This document shows positions 44,558-59,300 of a DNA stretch of 64,000 bases, piece by piece. The DNA comes from the human T2T-CHM13v2.0 reference genome, Homo sapiens: the NCBI RefSeq assembly GCF_009914755.1, contig NC_060927.1; one strand, written 5' to 3'. Made by a program: the position numbers and the translations under genes. How positions within the stretch are numbered: position 1 is the stretch's first letter; each line of letters starts with the position of its first letter. The notes beneath the pieces are model-generated. The model was not told where the DNA came from, ran no database searches, and worked only from the letters and a program-made list of their open reading frames with translations.

Positions 44558-44975
44558 ATAGTGGACATGATGATACATTGCCCAAATCCCCTCTCCAGGA
44601 CCTAGGTACTCATTCTCTCAGCCGTTGGTTTGTAGCCAAGTCTGCCTATAGAAATTTTCTGTGGTCAAAGGGAATGGCCTCATTCAACATTTTGCTCTTC
44701 CCATTGGACAACCTGCATCCAATGACTAGTCATCATGGAGATATGAAGGCCTGGTCCCTTGTCGTAGGATGACTCTGAAGGGTCATCCCAGTTCCAGAGG
44801 TCCCTGTGAGAGATTAGTTGAGGCCTTTTTTTCACAGCTGCATTACAGTGCAAATTTTTCCTCTGCCCAATCCTGCTTCATCTACCCCCTAACAGGTATT
44901 GTTTCTCAGAGCACTCCCCTATAAATGTTCTGCATGGTAATCACCATTTCAGAGTCTGTTTTCCTGGGAACAGTT
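44558..44975 (+). mobile_element. LTR16-like LTR (3' LTR of the ERVL remnant)
   Basis: CTCTGAAGGGTCATCCCAGTTCCAGAG, CTCTGCCCAATCCTGCTTC and CAGAGTCTGTTTTCCTGGGAAC. Confidence 0.7.
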
Positions 44976-46196
44976 TATATAGATGACACTGAGAAGCATA
45001 GCAAACAATGTCCAAATAATAGTTTATTAATAAATGGCAATGAGATGTTTGTCTGAATGAAACAAGCCTCAATAAAAGTGGAAGGTGCAACTCAATGAAA
45101 AATACATGACAGTCATCTGTGTCTTGGTCATGAACACTAGAACTCAGTCTCCATGCTAAGAAAGTAATGAATTATCAGAGAATTTTGAAAGGGGCCTTTC
45201 GAATGAAGCCATTGTGTACAGGATCGTGTCAGTGACATTGTTGAACATAAGGCAAATATCCTATGATTTCTAACTAGAAAAGTTAAGCAGCTGTCCATAA
45301 AGATAAATTACTTCACATTGTTCATAACTGCAGCGAATATAGTAATATATCAGGTATAGATACATCAGTTATGAACTTTGATATTACTGTGAGCCCCTTA
45401 AAGCTATGAATTTCTTATTACACAGCACTTTACTACAAAGAGATTTTTCAACTTCAAAAATTTTATATCTTCAAATTCTGTACATGGCATGAAGAAAAAA
45501 TTCTCCAAAATGAGATTTCCTCCAAAAAGGGGGAAAACCTGAATAAACAGTTAACTGCTTCCTTTAACAAATATTCAAAAAGACAAAAAAAAATTTTAAC
45601 CTGTTTTAGTGGTATAATTGAATCATTTAAAGCATTTTGGCAAGGGATCAGCTTTGCAATTAGGGTTTTTCTGACTTGCATTCCAGAAAATATCATGTTC
45701 TTTTGAAATACATATGTGTATGTGTTTACGTTTGGGCTCGACATTGGGTCAGTACCTGTGCATATTAAAATGAGCAACTTCTAAGGACCAAATCTATTTA
45801 ATGTCAAACCCATCAAGCCAGACTTAGAGAGTCATTCTCACAGTGACCTAGCCATTGTCAATTTTAAAGTAATTTATCCTAAAGTGGTGGGGTGTCAAAT
45901 GGGAGAAGTAGGACAACGAAAAAGCCACAAATTGTGCTGCTCCAGGCTTGTTTATCAGGATGGTTCACTCTCACTCAACACACCTCCGCTTCAGCATTCA
46001 TTAACCTTTTATGTCACTCTTACCTACTCTGAAAGCAGTCTTCAGGGAATGGCCCACTGGCAAAAGGGAGGGAATACCTGAGATAAAGCAGTTGGTGGTG
46101 GGAAGAATGAATTTGGCATGGGAGTGGAAACTTGAAAGAAAAGAATGGAGAGTCCTAAGGCAAAGGATGTAATCATTTCTCCCTCCCTTCCTTTAG

Positions 46197-46450
46197 AGGC
46201 TGCATAGCATAGTGGTTAAGAACATGGACTGCATCAGAATGCCCATGCTAAGGGCTCGGCTCTGCTTTTACCAGCTCTTCACAGGCAATCACTCATCTCT
46301 CTAAGCCTCTGTTTCCTAATTTTTAAAGTTAGAATATTGTTACTATCTGGCTCCTAGGATTGTTGCAAGTATTCAATGAGTTAATACATGGAAAGGATTT
46401 ACAACAGTGTCTGGTGCACAGTAAGTGCAGATAAATGTTAGCTATTATTT
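46197..46450 (+). mobile_element. MIR
   Basis: GCATAGTGGTTAAGAACATGGACT...AAGCCTCTGTTTCCT...ACAGTAAGTGC..ATAAATGTTAGCTATT. Confidence 0.8.
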
Positions 46451-46519
46451 TTATTTCCCTTAAGGATACCATAACCCTAAAAGCCAGCTTTGGGTTTATA
46501 ACCTACAGTGAGTTACAAA

Positions 46520-46645
46520 TTCTTTCTTTCTTTTTCTTTTCACTTTCTCTCTTTCTTTCTTTTTCTTTCTTTTCTCTTTCTTTCATTCTTTTTTTTCTTT
46601 CTTTCTTTCCTTTTTCTTTCTTTCCTTTCTTTCTTTCTGTCTCTC
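46520..46645. repeat. (CTTT)n/(CT)n polypyrimidine tract
   Basis: Read directly. Confidence 0.9.
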
Positions 46646-47987
46646 TCTCTCTCTCTTTCTTTCTAATAGATATCTTTATTGCATTTCCAGTGTTCTTCAT
46701 TTTTTTGGATGGATAAAAGTGTCTGAATATATTATATTCCTTATCTCTGAAGAATTTCTTTCATTTCTTGTTGAGTAGGTCTGTTGCCAATGAATTCCTT
46801 GTTTTTATTTGTCTGGGAAAGTATTTATCTCTCACTTTCTTTTTAAAAATTTTTTATAATTTCAACTTTTATTTTAGATTCAGAGCGTACATCAGCAGGT
46901 TTGTTACAAGAGTATATTTTATGACACTGAGGTTTGGGGGCATAAATTATGCTGTCACCCAGCTAGTGAGTATAGTACACAATAGGAAGTTTTTCATTCC
47001 TTACCTTCTTCCCTCCCTCTTTCTCTAGTCTCCAGTGTCTATTGTTCCCATCCTTACGTCTATTTGTACAAATGCTTAGCCCCCACTTATAAGTGAAAAA
47101 AGTATCATATTTAGTTTCTGTTTCTGCTTTAGTTCACTTAGGATAAATGGCCTCTAGTTGCATCCATGTTGCTGCAAAGGACATGACTTTGTTTTTATGG
47201 CTGTGCAGTATGCCATGGTGCATATGTACCATATTTTCTTTATCCATTCCAGTGTTAATGACCACCTAGGTTGATTCCATGTCTTTGTTATTGTGAATAG
47301 TGCTGCAATGAACATAAAACTGCATATGTCTTTCTGGTAGAATAATTTATTTTCCTTTGAGTATATACCCAGTAATGGAATTGCTGGGTCAAGTGGTAGT
47401 TCCTTGTTCTTTGAGAAATCTTCACACTGGTTTCCACAGTGGCTGAACTAATTTACATTCCCACCAACTGGGTATAAGCTTTCCCTTTTCTCTGCATCTA
47501 CAGCCTCACCAACATCTGCTGTTTTTTGACTTTTTAACAAAAGCCATTCTAGCTGGTATGGGATAGTATCTCATTGTGATTTTGATTTGCATTTCTCTGA
47601 TGACTGCTAAAGTTGAGCATTTTTTCATGTTTGTCAGCTGCTTATGTCTTCTTTTGAGAAGGGTCTGTTCATGTCCTTTGCCCACTTTTTAATGGGACTA
47701 ATTGTTTTTTGCATGTCGAATTGTTTAAGTTATTTATTGACTCTGGATATCAGAACTTTGTCAGATGCCTAGTTCACGAATATTTTCTCCCATTCTCTAG
47801 GTTATCTGTTTACTTTGTTGATAGTTTCTTTTGCTGTGCAGAAAGAAGCTCATGGATTGGAAGAATCAGAATTGTTAAAATGGCCATACTGCCCAAAGCA
47901 ATCTATACATTCAACACAATTCCTATCAAATTACCAACATCATTTTTCACAGAATTAGAGAAAACTATTCTAAAATTCATATGGAAC

Positions 47988-48041
<54 letters not shown>

Positions 48042-48423
48042 AAAAAAAAAAACCAATCCTAAGCAAAAAGAACAAAGTTGGAGACATCACATTACCTGAC
48101 TTCAAACTATGTTACAAGTCTATAGTAACTAAAACAGCATGGTACTTCTACAGAAACAGAAGCTCTTTAGCTTAATTAGGTCCCACTTGTCAATTTTTGT
48201 TTTTGTTGCAATTGTGGTTGAGGACTTAGTCATAAATTCTTTCCCAAGACCAATGTCCAAAATGGTGTTTCCTAGATTATCTTTGAGGATTCTTATAATT
48301 TGAGGTCTTACATTTAAATCTTTAATCCACCTTGAGTTAATCTTTGTATATGGTGGTAGGTAGGAATTCAGTTTCATTCTTCTGCATATGGCTAGTCATT
48401 TATTGAATAGGGTATCCTTTCCT

Positions 48424-48534
48424 CATTGCTTAGTTTTTGACTTTGTCAAAACATTGCTAAGTTTTTGACTTTGTCAAAACATTGCTAAGTTTTTGACTTT
48501 GTCAAAACATTGCTTAGTTTTGACTTTGTCAAAG
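48424..48534. repeat. 28-bp x4 minisatellite CATTGCT(T/A)AGTTTTTGACTTTGTCAAAA
   Basis: Units start at 48424, 48452, 48480 and 48508. Confidence 0.93.
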
Positions 48535-48792
48535 ATCAGATAGTTGTAGGTGTGCAGCTTTATTTCTAGGTTCTCTATTCTGTTCCATTGGTCTATGTGT
48601 CTGTTTTTATACCAGTACCATGCTGTCTTAGTTATTGTAGCCTTATAGTATAGTTTAAGGTCTGGTAATGTGATGCCTCCAGCTTTGTAATTTTTGCTTA
48701 GGATTGCTTCAGGTATTTTGACTCTTTTTTGGTTATATATGAATTTTAGAATAGGTTTTCCTAATATTGTGAAAAATGATGTTGGTAGGTTT

Positions 48793-49093
48793 TTTGTTTG
48801 TTTGTTCATTTTAAGACAGAGTCTCACTCTGTCGCCCAGGCTGGAGTGCAGTGATGGGATCCCAACTCACCGTAACCTCTGCCTCCCAGGTTCAAGTGAT
48901 TCTTATGCCTAAGCCTCCCAAAATAGCTGGAACCACAGGCATGCACCACCAGGCCCAGTTAATTTTTTGTATTTTTAGTAGAGACAGGGTTTCACCATGT
49001 TGGCCAGGCTGGTCTCAAACTGGCCTCAAGTGATCCACCTGCCTTGGCCCCCCAAAGTGCTGGAATTACAGGTGTGAGCCACCCACGCCCAGC
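48793..49093 (-). mobile_element. AluS inserted in L1
   Basis: Diverged TSD TGATGTTGGTAGGTTT (48777) / TGATGTTGATAGTTT (49094). Confidence 0.9.
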
Positions 49094-49691
49094 TGATGTT
49101 GATAGTTTGATAGGAATTGTGTTGAATCTATAAATTGCTTTGGGCAGTATGGCTATTTTCATGATACTGATTCTTCCAATCCATGAGCATGGAATATTTT
49201 TCCATTTGTTTGTGTCATCTGTGATTTCTTTCAGTAGTGTTTTGTAGCTGTAGTTGTCCTTGTAGAGATTTTTCAGCTCCTTTGTTAGATGCATTCCTAG
49301 GTATTTTAGTTTTTTGCAGCTATTGTAAATGGGATTGTGTTCTTGTTTTGGCTCTCATCTTGAATGTTACTAGGTATAGAAATGATACTGCTTGTTGTAC
49401 ATTGAGTTTTGTATCCTAAAATTTTACTGAAGTCGTTTATCAGTTCTAGGACCCTTTTGGTGGTATCTGCAGTGTTTTCTAGGTATAAATTATGTTTTCA
49501 GGGAGGAGAGATATTTGGACTTCTTCACAAACATTTTCATGTGTGGTTGATATTTCTATACATTTATTCCACAACTACTTAATAATGTATTGAACAAGGA
49601 CCACATAGTTATTACTGTTATAGTCATATTCTACATTGGCATCCATACTAATAATCCTTTATATTTTCATCCTTCTTTCCACTTTTAAAAG

Positions 49692-49731
<40 letters not shown>
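49692..49731. repeat. (CA)n microsatellite
   Basis: Read directly. Confidence 0.95.
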
Positions 49732-49733
<2 letters not shown>

Positions 49734-50887
49734 GTGTATATAATGATACATTATGCCATTTATTCTATCACTTCAAGAATCTCCAAAGCCAAGACATCAC
49801 CACCACTAACAACAAGTGAGCTCAGAACTGACAGTATTGCTGGGATTCCTAGCAGAAGCAAATACAAACCACTTTGAAGGTACAACACTCAACACAGACC
49901 ACTCAGTACTTACACAAATAAAATCTTACTTATGCTGAACTTAAAAATTTAATATTACAAAACACCCAAGAAAATAAGGCAATATGAGCACATGTAAGCA
50001 GATTAAACACAGAGCAGATTAGATATTTAAAAATTTCAGGTAAGAAATTATTGACCTCAAATTACAAAATTATATATTCAAAATCAATGTATAAAGAATA
50101 ATTATTTTTATTTTAAAAGACCAAGTCACTTTTTTAAAAACCAGAAATTTTGTTTTTAAAAAAGAAATCTCTAGAAATTAAAACCTCAGTAGATGGATGA
50201 AACCGTGGATGGATAGAGCTGAAAAAAAGACTTAATGGATTGGAAGATAGAGCTGAGAATATAATATCTCACATAGAGATGGAAAATATAATAGATCAAG
50301 AAATATTGAAGATAAAATAGGACAGAATACGACGGATAGGAGGGCGATGATTTTGTCTGTTCTTTTTTTGTACTATTATGTTCTCAATGCCTAGAATATT
50401 GCTAGAAGAGAGTATGTACTCAATACATATTTGTTGGATGCACAACTGAGTGAATAAATATCATTTCTAAAAGGAAAGATTAGATGTGAAAGTTAATATT
50501 TGAGAAAAAGTTTAAGAACTTTACAAAATTGAAAAAAGACATAAAACCTTCAAACTCACAAAACACAATAAGGATTGAGTAGGAATATACAAATAAAACT
50601 ATATCTAGACATGTAATAGTGAAACCATAGAACACCAAAGGCACAGGGAAAATATTAACTAGAGAGAAAAGTAGATTCGGTATAAAGAAATAGCAATTAA
50701 AATGACAGCACATTTCATAACAGCAATAATAGAAACTACTGAGAAATGAAATGGCTGCCAATCTAGAAATGCATATTCAGGTAATTATTCAAAATTAAGG
50801 GCAAAAATAAGGACTTTTTTAGAAAAACAAGCATTTAGAGAGTTTATCATTAACAGACCTTCACTGAAGGAACTTCCTTTTCCCCAA

Positions 50888-51041
50888 AGATGGGGTCTTG
50901 CTATGTTGCCCAGGCTGGAGTACAGTGGCTCCTCAGAGGTGCAATTATAGCATGCTGCAGCCTCAAAGTCCTGTCTCAAATGATCCTCTTGCCTCACCAT
51001 GCTGAGTAACTGGGACTACAGGGACATGCCACTGCACTTGC
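50888..51041 (-). mobile_element. Fossil Alu monomer (FAM-like)
   Basis: Single 7SL-derived monomer retaining the CAGTGGCT...AGGTGCAATTATAG segment. Confidence 0.7.
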
Positions 51042-52792
51042 TGAAGATACTTTTAAAATGTATACTTCAGAAAACAAGAACTTGGATTCAGGAAAACAAA
51101 TAAAAAAGAAAGGTGAAAAAAGAAACAGGGAAATATTAGGTACTTTAAGCAAGCATTGACTATACATTTTTTTAAAGCCTCTCATTTAAAAAGAATAGTT
51201 TCAAGGGTATTACACAGGTAAATAAAAGTGCTGGTTAATAACATGTAAGATGGGCATTAAAGTCTTCCAAGGTACTTCTAGGAATAGGAGGAGGACAGAG
51301 TTCCTGAATAACTTTAGACATAGTTACTGTAATTAATCAAATGTAATATGGCAGCAATGAGAAGATCTATGATTATTTCGTGTGTCATGAAGAAAGAGAA
51401 GAGACTGCCAGTTAAATTGTGAGGGGCATCATGCCTCCAAGAGAGTCCTATACAGGATATTAATTGAGCATACTAGACTCTCATTTCCTTGAAATTTCTT
51501 TCATCTATGCTAAGAGAATTGTCCATTTCTCCTGCCCTCAATTGTATTACTTATTATAGTGTAATAGGTAGGTGATCTTTTACCAATATCTCAGTAACAA
51601 AAACTATATTCTTTTTTAGGTTCCATATAGTGCCCAGTTATTATTTTGCAAGAAAATGTGGAATTGCTGTCATTCCCCCAATGATTGGTTAACTAATATA
51701 AAACTTATATACCATGATGCTATTCTGCATGCCTTTCTGCATACACAATAAGTTTCTGTTTCAGTGCCACATTATAGTCTAGTAGTTTTGAAAACATTTT
51801 AAATGGATATTTAACTCAACATTGGTAGGAACAACAAGGTATCTAATTCAGTTAGAATGGTAACAATATGAAGAACAATATGACAAGTTCCTGCACATGT
51901 AGGCCATGACAACTATGTATGACTACTGCCTGGCCAACAGCAATTGGAAGATTGTCATCAATTATAAAACACATATTTATTTCAGAGATTTTAATATGGG
52001 AAAATGTCTATCTTAGAATTGATGAAATACCATCAGTATGTTTGCTAAAATGTTAAAGGCAACTATATTAAAATAATAGAAATAGAATATATAATCTTCA
52101 ACCCACTAGTCCCAAGAGTGGCAGGAAATAAAATGATAAAAACTCAATCAATTAAAAATTTTCAGAAAAAATATAAAAATAAACATGGAAAAGTCAGAAA
52201 ATACAACACAAATAAAATGAAGAAATACATCCAAATAGATTGCTTATCATAATAAGTATGAGTTGACTAAATTTACCAATTAAAAGACAGATATTTTCTA
52301 TTTTGATTATTTAAAAAATCTACTTATATAACATTTACAAATTACATTAAAGTCATCATGACATAGAAAGGTAAAAGTAAAAAGACAGACAAAGAAAAAA
52401 TAGATATTTCTACTCCAAAGAAAACAGGCAAAACTTATTAGGAATAAAAATGCTCAGTATATACTAATGAAAAGAAAAGTTCTCCAAGAAACAAATAACA
52501 ATCTTTAACTTGTGCATACATAATAAAAAAGCCCCTAACAAGCTTGACAAAATTACAAGGAGAAATTGGCAAACCCAAAATTATAATGGAAAATGTAAAA
52601 CATATCTGTTAGTAACTGATGGTCCAAACAAATGCAAACTTATTGAGGATATACAAAATTTGAACAATATCATTAACAAGAGTTATTTAATCAACATATT
52701 TAATATCCAATAATATAGATATTAAGACATCCAATAATTAGAGAATACACATTCCTTTCAAGCACATATTAAACATTTAAAGAGGCAGCATA

Positions 52793-53119
<327 letters not shown>

Positions 53120-54769
53120 TCACATTCTGGGCTTGATTTTTGGTTCTACCAGTTACTAGCTATACAACCTTGGTAAAGTTACATTATTAGCCTTTCTATG
53201 TCTGTTTCCTCATCTATAAAATCGGAATATTAGTATACTTATCTCAAAAATTTACTTAAATAAATATATTAATGTGAAAAGCTCTTAGAACAGTTTCTGG
53301 CACACAATAAGTGCTACATAAGTATTAGCTATTATAATTTACACAGATTAGCCATAAACTCTGTAACAAAGCAAGTCTCAACTACTTCGAAATAACTGAT
53401 ACCATGCAGTTCACATTCTCTGACTACATGCAGTTAAGATTTAACTTAACAACAAAAAGATTATAAAAATTCTTGGGGAAATTAAAACTAACTTCTAAAT
53501 TACTTGTGAGTCAGAGGAAGTCACAATAAAACTAAGAAAATATTTAGAATTTACAATAAAAACATATCTCAAAACTTGCAGAATGATACTAAATGTTACT
53601 TAGCAAGAAATTTATGGTCTTACATGCTTATATTGGAAAATAAGAAAGTTAAAATAATCAATAACCTAATTATACAATTGAGGAGACTAAAAAAAAGAAC
53701 AGCAGAATAAAGCTACAGAAAGTACAAAAAGTAAAGTAGTAAAGACTTAAAAAGAAATTAATAAGATTTTGAAATGATCCTATACAGATGATCAATAAAT
53801 CAAAACTTTAAAAAGTAGAAGGCAAAGCTTTGAAAATATTGGTAAGATATCAATGAATACAGAAGCTGCCAAAAAATAATAATTCAAACAATTTGATGCT
53901 AATAAACTTGAAAACTCAGATAAAATATAAAATTGCTTAGAAAATATACTTTACCAAAAGTGACTGAAGCAAAATTCCTAATTTTCCTCAAAAAGATTGA
54001 ATCAGTAGTTTAAAAATCTCTTAAAATACACAAATTTATAGTGCCAGAGAGTTTTATACTGTTCTATGAAATCTTTGAGGATTAGGTCACAATATTACAA
54101 AACTCTTGCAGATAACAAAATGTGGTAACATTTCTCAACTCATTTTATGAAACTACTGTGTATAACTTGATGTCAAAGCTAGGTAAAGACAGTGGAAAAA
54201 GGACAATTAAAGACCAATCTCATATATAAGCATAGTTCTAAAACTACTTTAAAAATAGCAAATCAAATTTTAAAATGCATTAAAATAAACAACAAATTTT
54301 ATTTTGCTCCAGGAATACAATAATGGTTCTATATTTGAAAAATCTATTACTGTAATTCACCACATTAACAGATTAAAGGGGAAAATAGGATTATCTCAAG
54401 AGGATAGAAAAATCAGTTGATAAAATTAAACAATTCTTAGAAAAACAGGAATAAATGGGAACCTCCTTAATCTGATAAAGAGCATTAACCAAAAGCCTGG
54501 AGCAAACATTATGCTTACACTGAAAAGTCAGAAAATTCTCTTTAAATAAAAAGAGAGAAGGATAACTCATTCTAGTCAATCTAGTTCTGGAGAGCTAGTC
54601 AGGATATGAGACAAAGAAATCAAATAATAGAATAAGGATTGGAAAGGAAGAAACAAAACTATAATTATTTTAAAGTGATGACTTACACATAAAAAATAAT
54701 CAAGGAATGTGCTTCTTCCATTTAAAACATATTTTTTTCTTGATTCTCTCCTCTCTCCCCATCTCATTC

Positions 54770-55485
54770 TTTCTAAATACCAGCCCATTTCTCTGATCTT
54801 TATGGGAAAATGCCCAGGGTTGTCACTGCTCATTTTCTTCAATTCTCTTCCCACCATCTGAAACTAACTCCAATCTGGCTTTCAGTCTGACCCATCCAGT
54901 GACAACTGCTCTTGTCCAGTCATAATGACCTTCATGTGTCTGAACCTCAGTCAATTCTCAGTCTTGACCAATCAGTGACAAATCTCATTTGACCAATCAG
55001 TGGCATTTGACATCACTCTTTCCTTGCAACAGCTTATTCACCTGGCATTCAGGAAACCATGATTTTCTGACTTTCTTTCTTTCTTTTTTTTTTTTTTTTT
55101 TTACTGGATATTTCTTCTCAGTTTATTTTCCTAGTCCTTCATCATCTCCTTAACTTCTGAGTACTGGACTCAGTCTTTGGACTTTTTACTTTCTGTCTGC
55201 ACTCACTCCCTTGGTGATCTCGCTCAGTCTCAAGTCTGACAAGTTCCAAAATTATAATGGCCAGCCCAGACTTCTCTCCTGCTCCAGACTCATACATACA
55301 ATACTTGCACATCTCCACTCAGAATTCTGACAGCTCAGACTTTACACATGTAAAGTGGAACTCGTGATTCTTCCTACACTCCCTTCCCCTCACCCTCCCT
55401 TTCCAAATTCCTTCCTTCCTTGGTCGTCTTCATCTTAATTATTGACAATTTTATCATCCTAGTTTTTCAGGCCAAAAATCTTAAG

Positions 55486-55526
<41 letters not shown>

Positions 55527-56378
55527 CCCCTTCCCCCCACCTCCCCCTCTTCATCACATGCACATACTTCAGCAAATCCTGTTGGTCCTATCTTCAAAAT
55601 ACATCCAGGATCATCTGAACACTTACCACCACCACTGCTCCATGATGGTCAGAACCTCTGCTTCTTCTTATCTGAATTATTTCAGTAGCCACTCAACTGG
55701 CCTTTCTGATTTCACTCTTGCCTTTCCACAGACTGTTCCCAAAACAGGAATAGAAAAATTAGACCATGTTACTTCTGCTCAGAACTCTCCAGTGGCTGCC
55801 CAAGACTCCAACAATCCAGCCTCCACTTCTCTCCTAACCTCATCTCCCTTTCCACATTGTTCCCTTCACTACAGCCACACCGACCTCAGAAACTCCAGCC
55901 TACAACCTCAGGACTTTTGTACTTAATGGTCCTTCTGCCTGAAATGATTTTCTCCAGTACAGCCACACTGACCTCAGAAACTCCAGTCTACAGCCTTAGG
56001 ACCTTTGTACTTAATAGTTCCTCTGCCTGAAATGATTTCCTCCAGGTACCCAAAAGTATTGCTCTCTCATCTCCTTCAAGTTTTGCTTAAATGTCAGCTT
56101 TTGTCTCAGTATGGACTACCTTGTGCACCCTATTTGAAATTTCAAGCCTCCGATATCCTGTCACTGCCCTCTGCGTTAATTTTCTACATAGCACTTACTT
56201 ATAATCTTCTAATACACTACATATCTTCCTTATTTATTTGTTTATTTTCTGTCTTACCCAATTAAATGGATGATGTCAGAGGGCTTTTTTTTTTGTCTTT
56301 TTTGATTACCCTTCTATCCTAGCATCCAGTACAGTGTCTGAAACATAGTAGACAACTAATAAATATTTGTTGAATAAA
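54770..56378 (+). mobile_element. L2 fragment
   Basis: Pyrimidine-rich L2 body ending CATAGTAGACAACTAATAAATATTTGTTGAATAAA. Confidence 0.75.
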
Positions 56379-59300
56379 CTGGAAAATGTATATAGACAAA
56401 TTATTAGGATTAGTAAGAGAGTTGAGTGAGTTTGCTGAACATAAGATCACCATACAAGAATCATTTATGTTATAACCAACTGAAAATAGAATTGGAAAAT
56501 ATAATTTTAAAAAAGAATATTATTATATTCTCAGAAAAAAATATAAAACACTTATACATTTAACAAAAGATGTATAATATTAACATTCTTAGGAAAAATA
56601 TCATAAAACCTCTTTGAGCAACATTTAAAAACATATAAATAAAGGGATAGAAATGTAATGTCTATAGATATAAAGACAGTAGTACATAATGATGTTAATT
56701 TTCTTCAAATTAATCTATAGTTATAATAACACCCAGTTAAGATACTGATAGAATTATTCAGAAAACAGGAGAAGCTTAATATAAAATTATTAAAGAACAG
56801 AAAAAAACAAAGCAGTGTTAAAGAAGGGTGGGAATACTGTCCTATCAGATATCAAGACTTATTACAAGGTAAGAGATAAACTGTGTATCAGAGTGAGATA
56901 TGCAACCTGCATAGGTGACAAAGGACTAATACAAGAATATACAAAATAGTCCAAGTTAATAAAAATAAGATTTTAAGACTACAAAAGAAAAAAGAAAAAA
57001 AAAACATAAACAGATACTTCACTGGAAGTAAAGTGGTAGGCACTTCCTTCAGAGGAAAACAAATGGCATACAGCAAATAAGCATATGAAAAAATGGTCAA
57101 CCTTGGTAATAATGAGAGGAGTGTATATTTAAACAATTACATGCTGCTTCACTTAGATTAAAAAAAACTTTTAAAATCTGATAAAAGCAAGCACTGGTGA
57201 GGATATAAAGCAACTGGAACTTTCATACACTGATGTTGGGTGTGTAAACTGGCACATCCCTGTTGGAAAGCAATTTGTTGGTATATCACAAAGTTGCAAA
57301 TACACAAAACCCTAAAACCTGTTGTTTCACTTTTAATTGTGTACTTTAGAAATACTTGGCAATTACAAGTATTTAGAACTTTAGAAATAATTGGCCAAAA
57401 TTGCCAATTACAACAATGTTTACTGTAGCACTGTTTAAATAATAAATATAAACCAAAAAAAGAATGGATACATTGTAGCACATTCACATAAGGGAATACT
57501 CTGCCTCAGCAAAAATAAATGAGTTGAAACTACCTGTACCAATATAGACAAATCTCAAAAACGTAATTTGAGCCCTATGACAACATTTATATAAAGTTTA
57601 AAAATACAAAATACTATGCTGTAATTCACTTTGGAACCATGGATGTGTAGCAAAAACAAAAACAAAAAGCAACCATGCATAGCTAAATACCACAAGGAGG
57701 ATATTGGTTACCTTGGGAGGCATGAGGGAGGAGAATTGGATTAAAAAGAGACATGCAGGGATTTTCAATTGTACCTAACATGTTAAAGTGGGTGATTCTG
57801 TGTGCCTGGTGTGTTTCATTGTTAAAAGAAAAATAAAGAGAACTGGAAGGCGGGTGGATCGGTTGGGCATGAGGTGAGCACCAATGGAAAGGTGGGAGAA
57901 GTGGATGAGTGGATGAGACAATCTCTCTTGGAGTAGCCTGGGAGGAAAGCCAAGTTAGTACAAGTGATTATCAGGTAAAACTGGTCTAGAAAGGACTTGA
58001 AATGAAAAGACAAAACTTAAAGGTATGTTTGGGAACTTGGAGAGGATACTGAGTTGAGTAGTCACATTTTCAAAGTGAAACATAAGGGCAAAACATTTCA
58101 TAGTAGTATTTTGTAGTAACTGGTAGAAAAAGAGGACATGGACTGGACAGTAAAATCTAGTAAAGTTTAATTATTTTTGTGAGTGGCTTTGGGGGAAGGA
58201 TTGGAGGCTTGTTTGCCACATTTTTGGATTCCACAAAGCTGAAAGTGCTAAGTAATATATTTGACAGAATCATGATGTTTAAAAGACATATTCTGGAATG
58301 AGGGCTTAAAGACAATAATTTTTTTTGCAATGTTGAAAATGTGGCAGAATACACTTTAAAAAATTTAAACTTATCTAATTACAAGTCTTGATTCAACCTG
58401 AATGCCTTAGCACATCACAAGATAAATGTGGACAACTGATTTTTTAAAAACATAGAATATTTGACTAGTATTAGTAGTTGTTCTAAGCAATTGGTCTGAG
58501 TATTGGGCAATGATAAATTACAATAATAAATTAGGACTATTCCAAAGGAGGGTAAGCAGAATGATAAGAGTGTAGGCCATACCTGGGAGCTTCAATGAAG
58601 CCTTCTCTAACAATGCAGAAACAAGATTGTCCTTTGAGGATTAAACCAATAAAGTCCACTCGTATGAGTGGGATTAGCCAGTACAGGCCTAAACCAAGAC
58701 ATTATCTTTTGATGGGTGACTTTGCAGGTGAGTTAGATGTAATCTCAGGGAGGAAGGGCTGGAATGTGATTGTCATGGAGGAGGAAGAAACCTAATCAAT
58801 AAAAGTATTTCTTATCCAAAGAAAGACTGAGTAAACAGACTTGAGAACAGCATGAAACACACAAGAATTCTGATCCGTACGAGTTATAATTTTCATTGTA
58901 AATCAGTACATCGTGTTTTAATCTAATTTATATTTCCAAGTCTTGTATTTGGATAGCATGATTTGGATAGCATTTCTCAGGTACCAACAAAATTGAGTTT
59001 TCCAGATCTGACAGTTGATGGCTACAACATGAGGTGCTGTAACCTTTCCCAGACACAGGCTCCTTCTTTGTCATGGAAAAACCCAAGGTCACTAAGATGT
59101 TTAGCTGGGATGAGACAAGCCAGAGGTGAAGCCTGGTGCTTATCTTCAAAAGGTTTAAAGTTTTTCTTGTAGAAACAGACGGTAGACTCTTTTGATTGTT
59201 GGGGGCAGAGAACAGAACAGAGACAACAGGTAGAAAGTACAAAGTAAGATTTCATCTGGCTAAGCAGAGGAACATGTTAACAATTTGAACTCCCAACAAT

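Larger units (their letters stand above)
46850..49520 (-). mobile_element. L1PB/old L1PA 3' fragment with an inverted L1 segment, a minisatellite and an Alu inside
   Basis: L1 3' UTR and ORF2 peptides on the - strand ([25 protein letters not shown]); a + strand ORF2 peptide at about 47848-48160. Confidence 0.88.

Noticed and set aside
48424-48534. CRISPR-like array of 28-bp palindromic repeats
   Set aside because: No spacers; head-to-tail tandem units derived from L1 sequence in a mammalian genome.
55420-55926. 168-aa ORF
   Set aside because: Lies within L2 and a (CT)n tract, has a non-ATG start and shows no recognisable homology.
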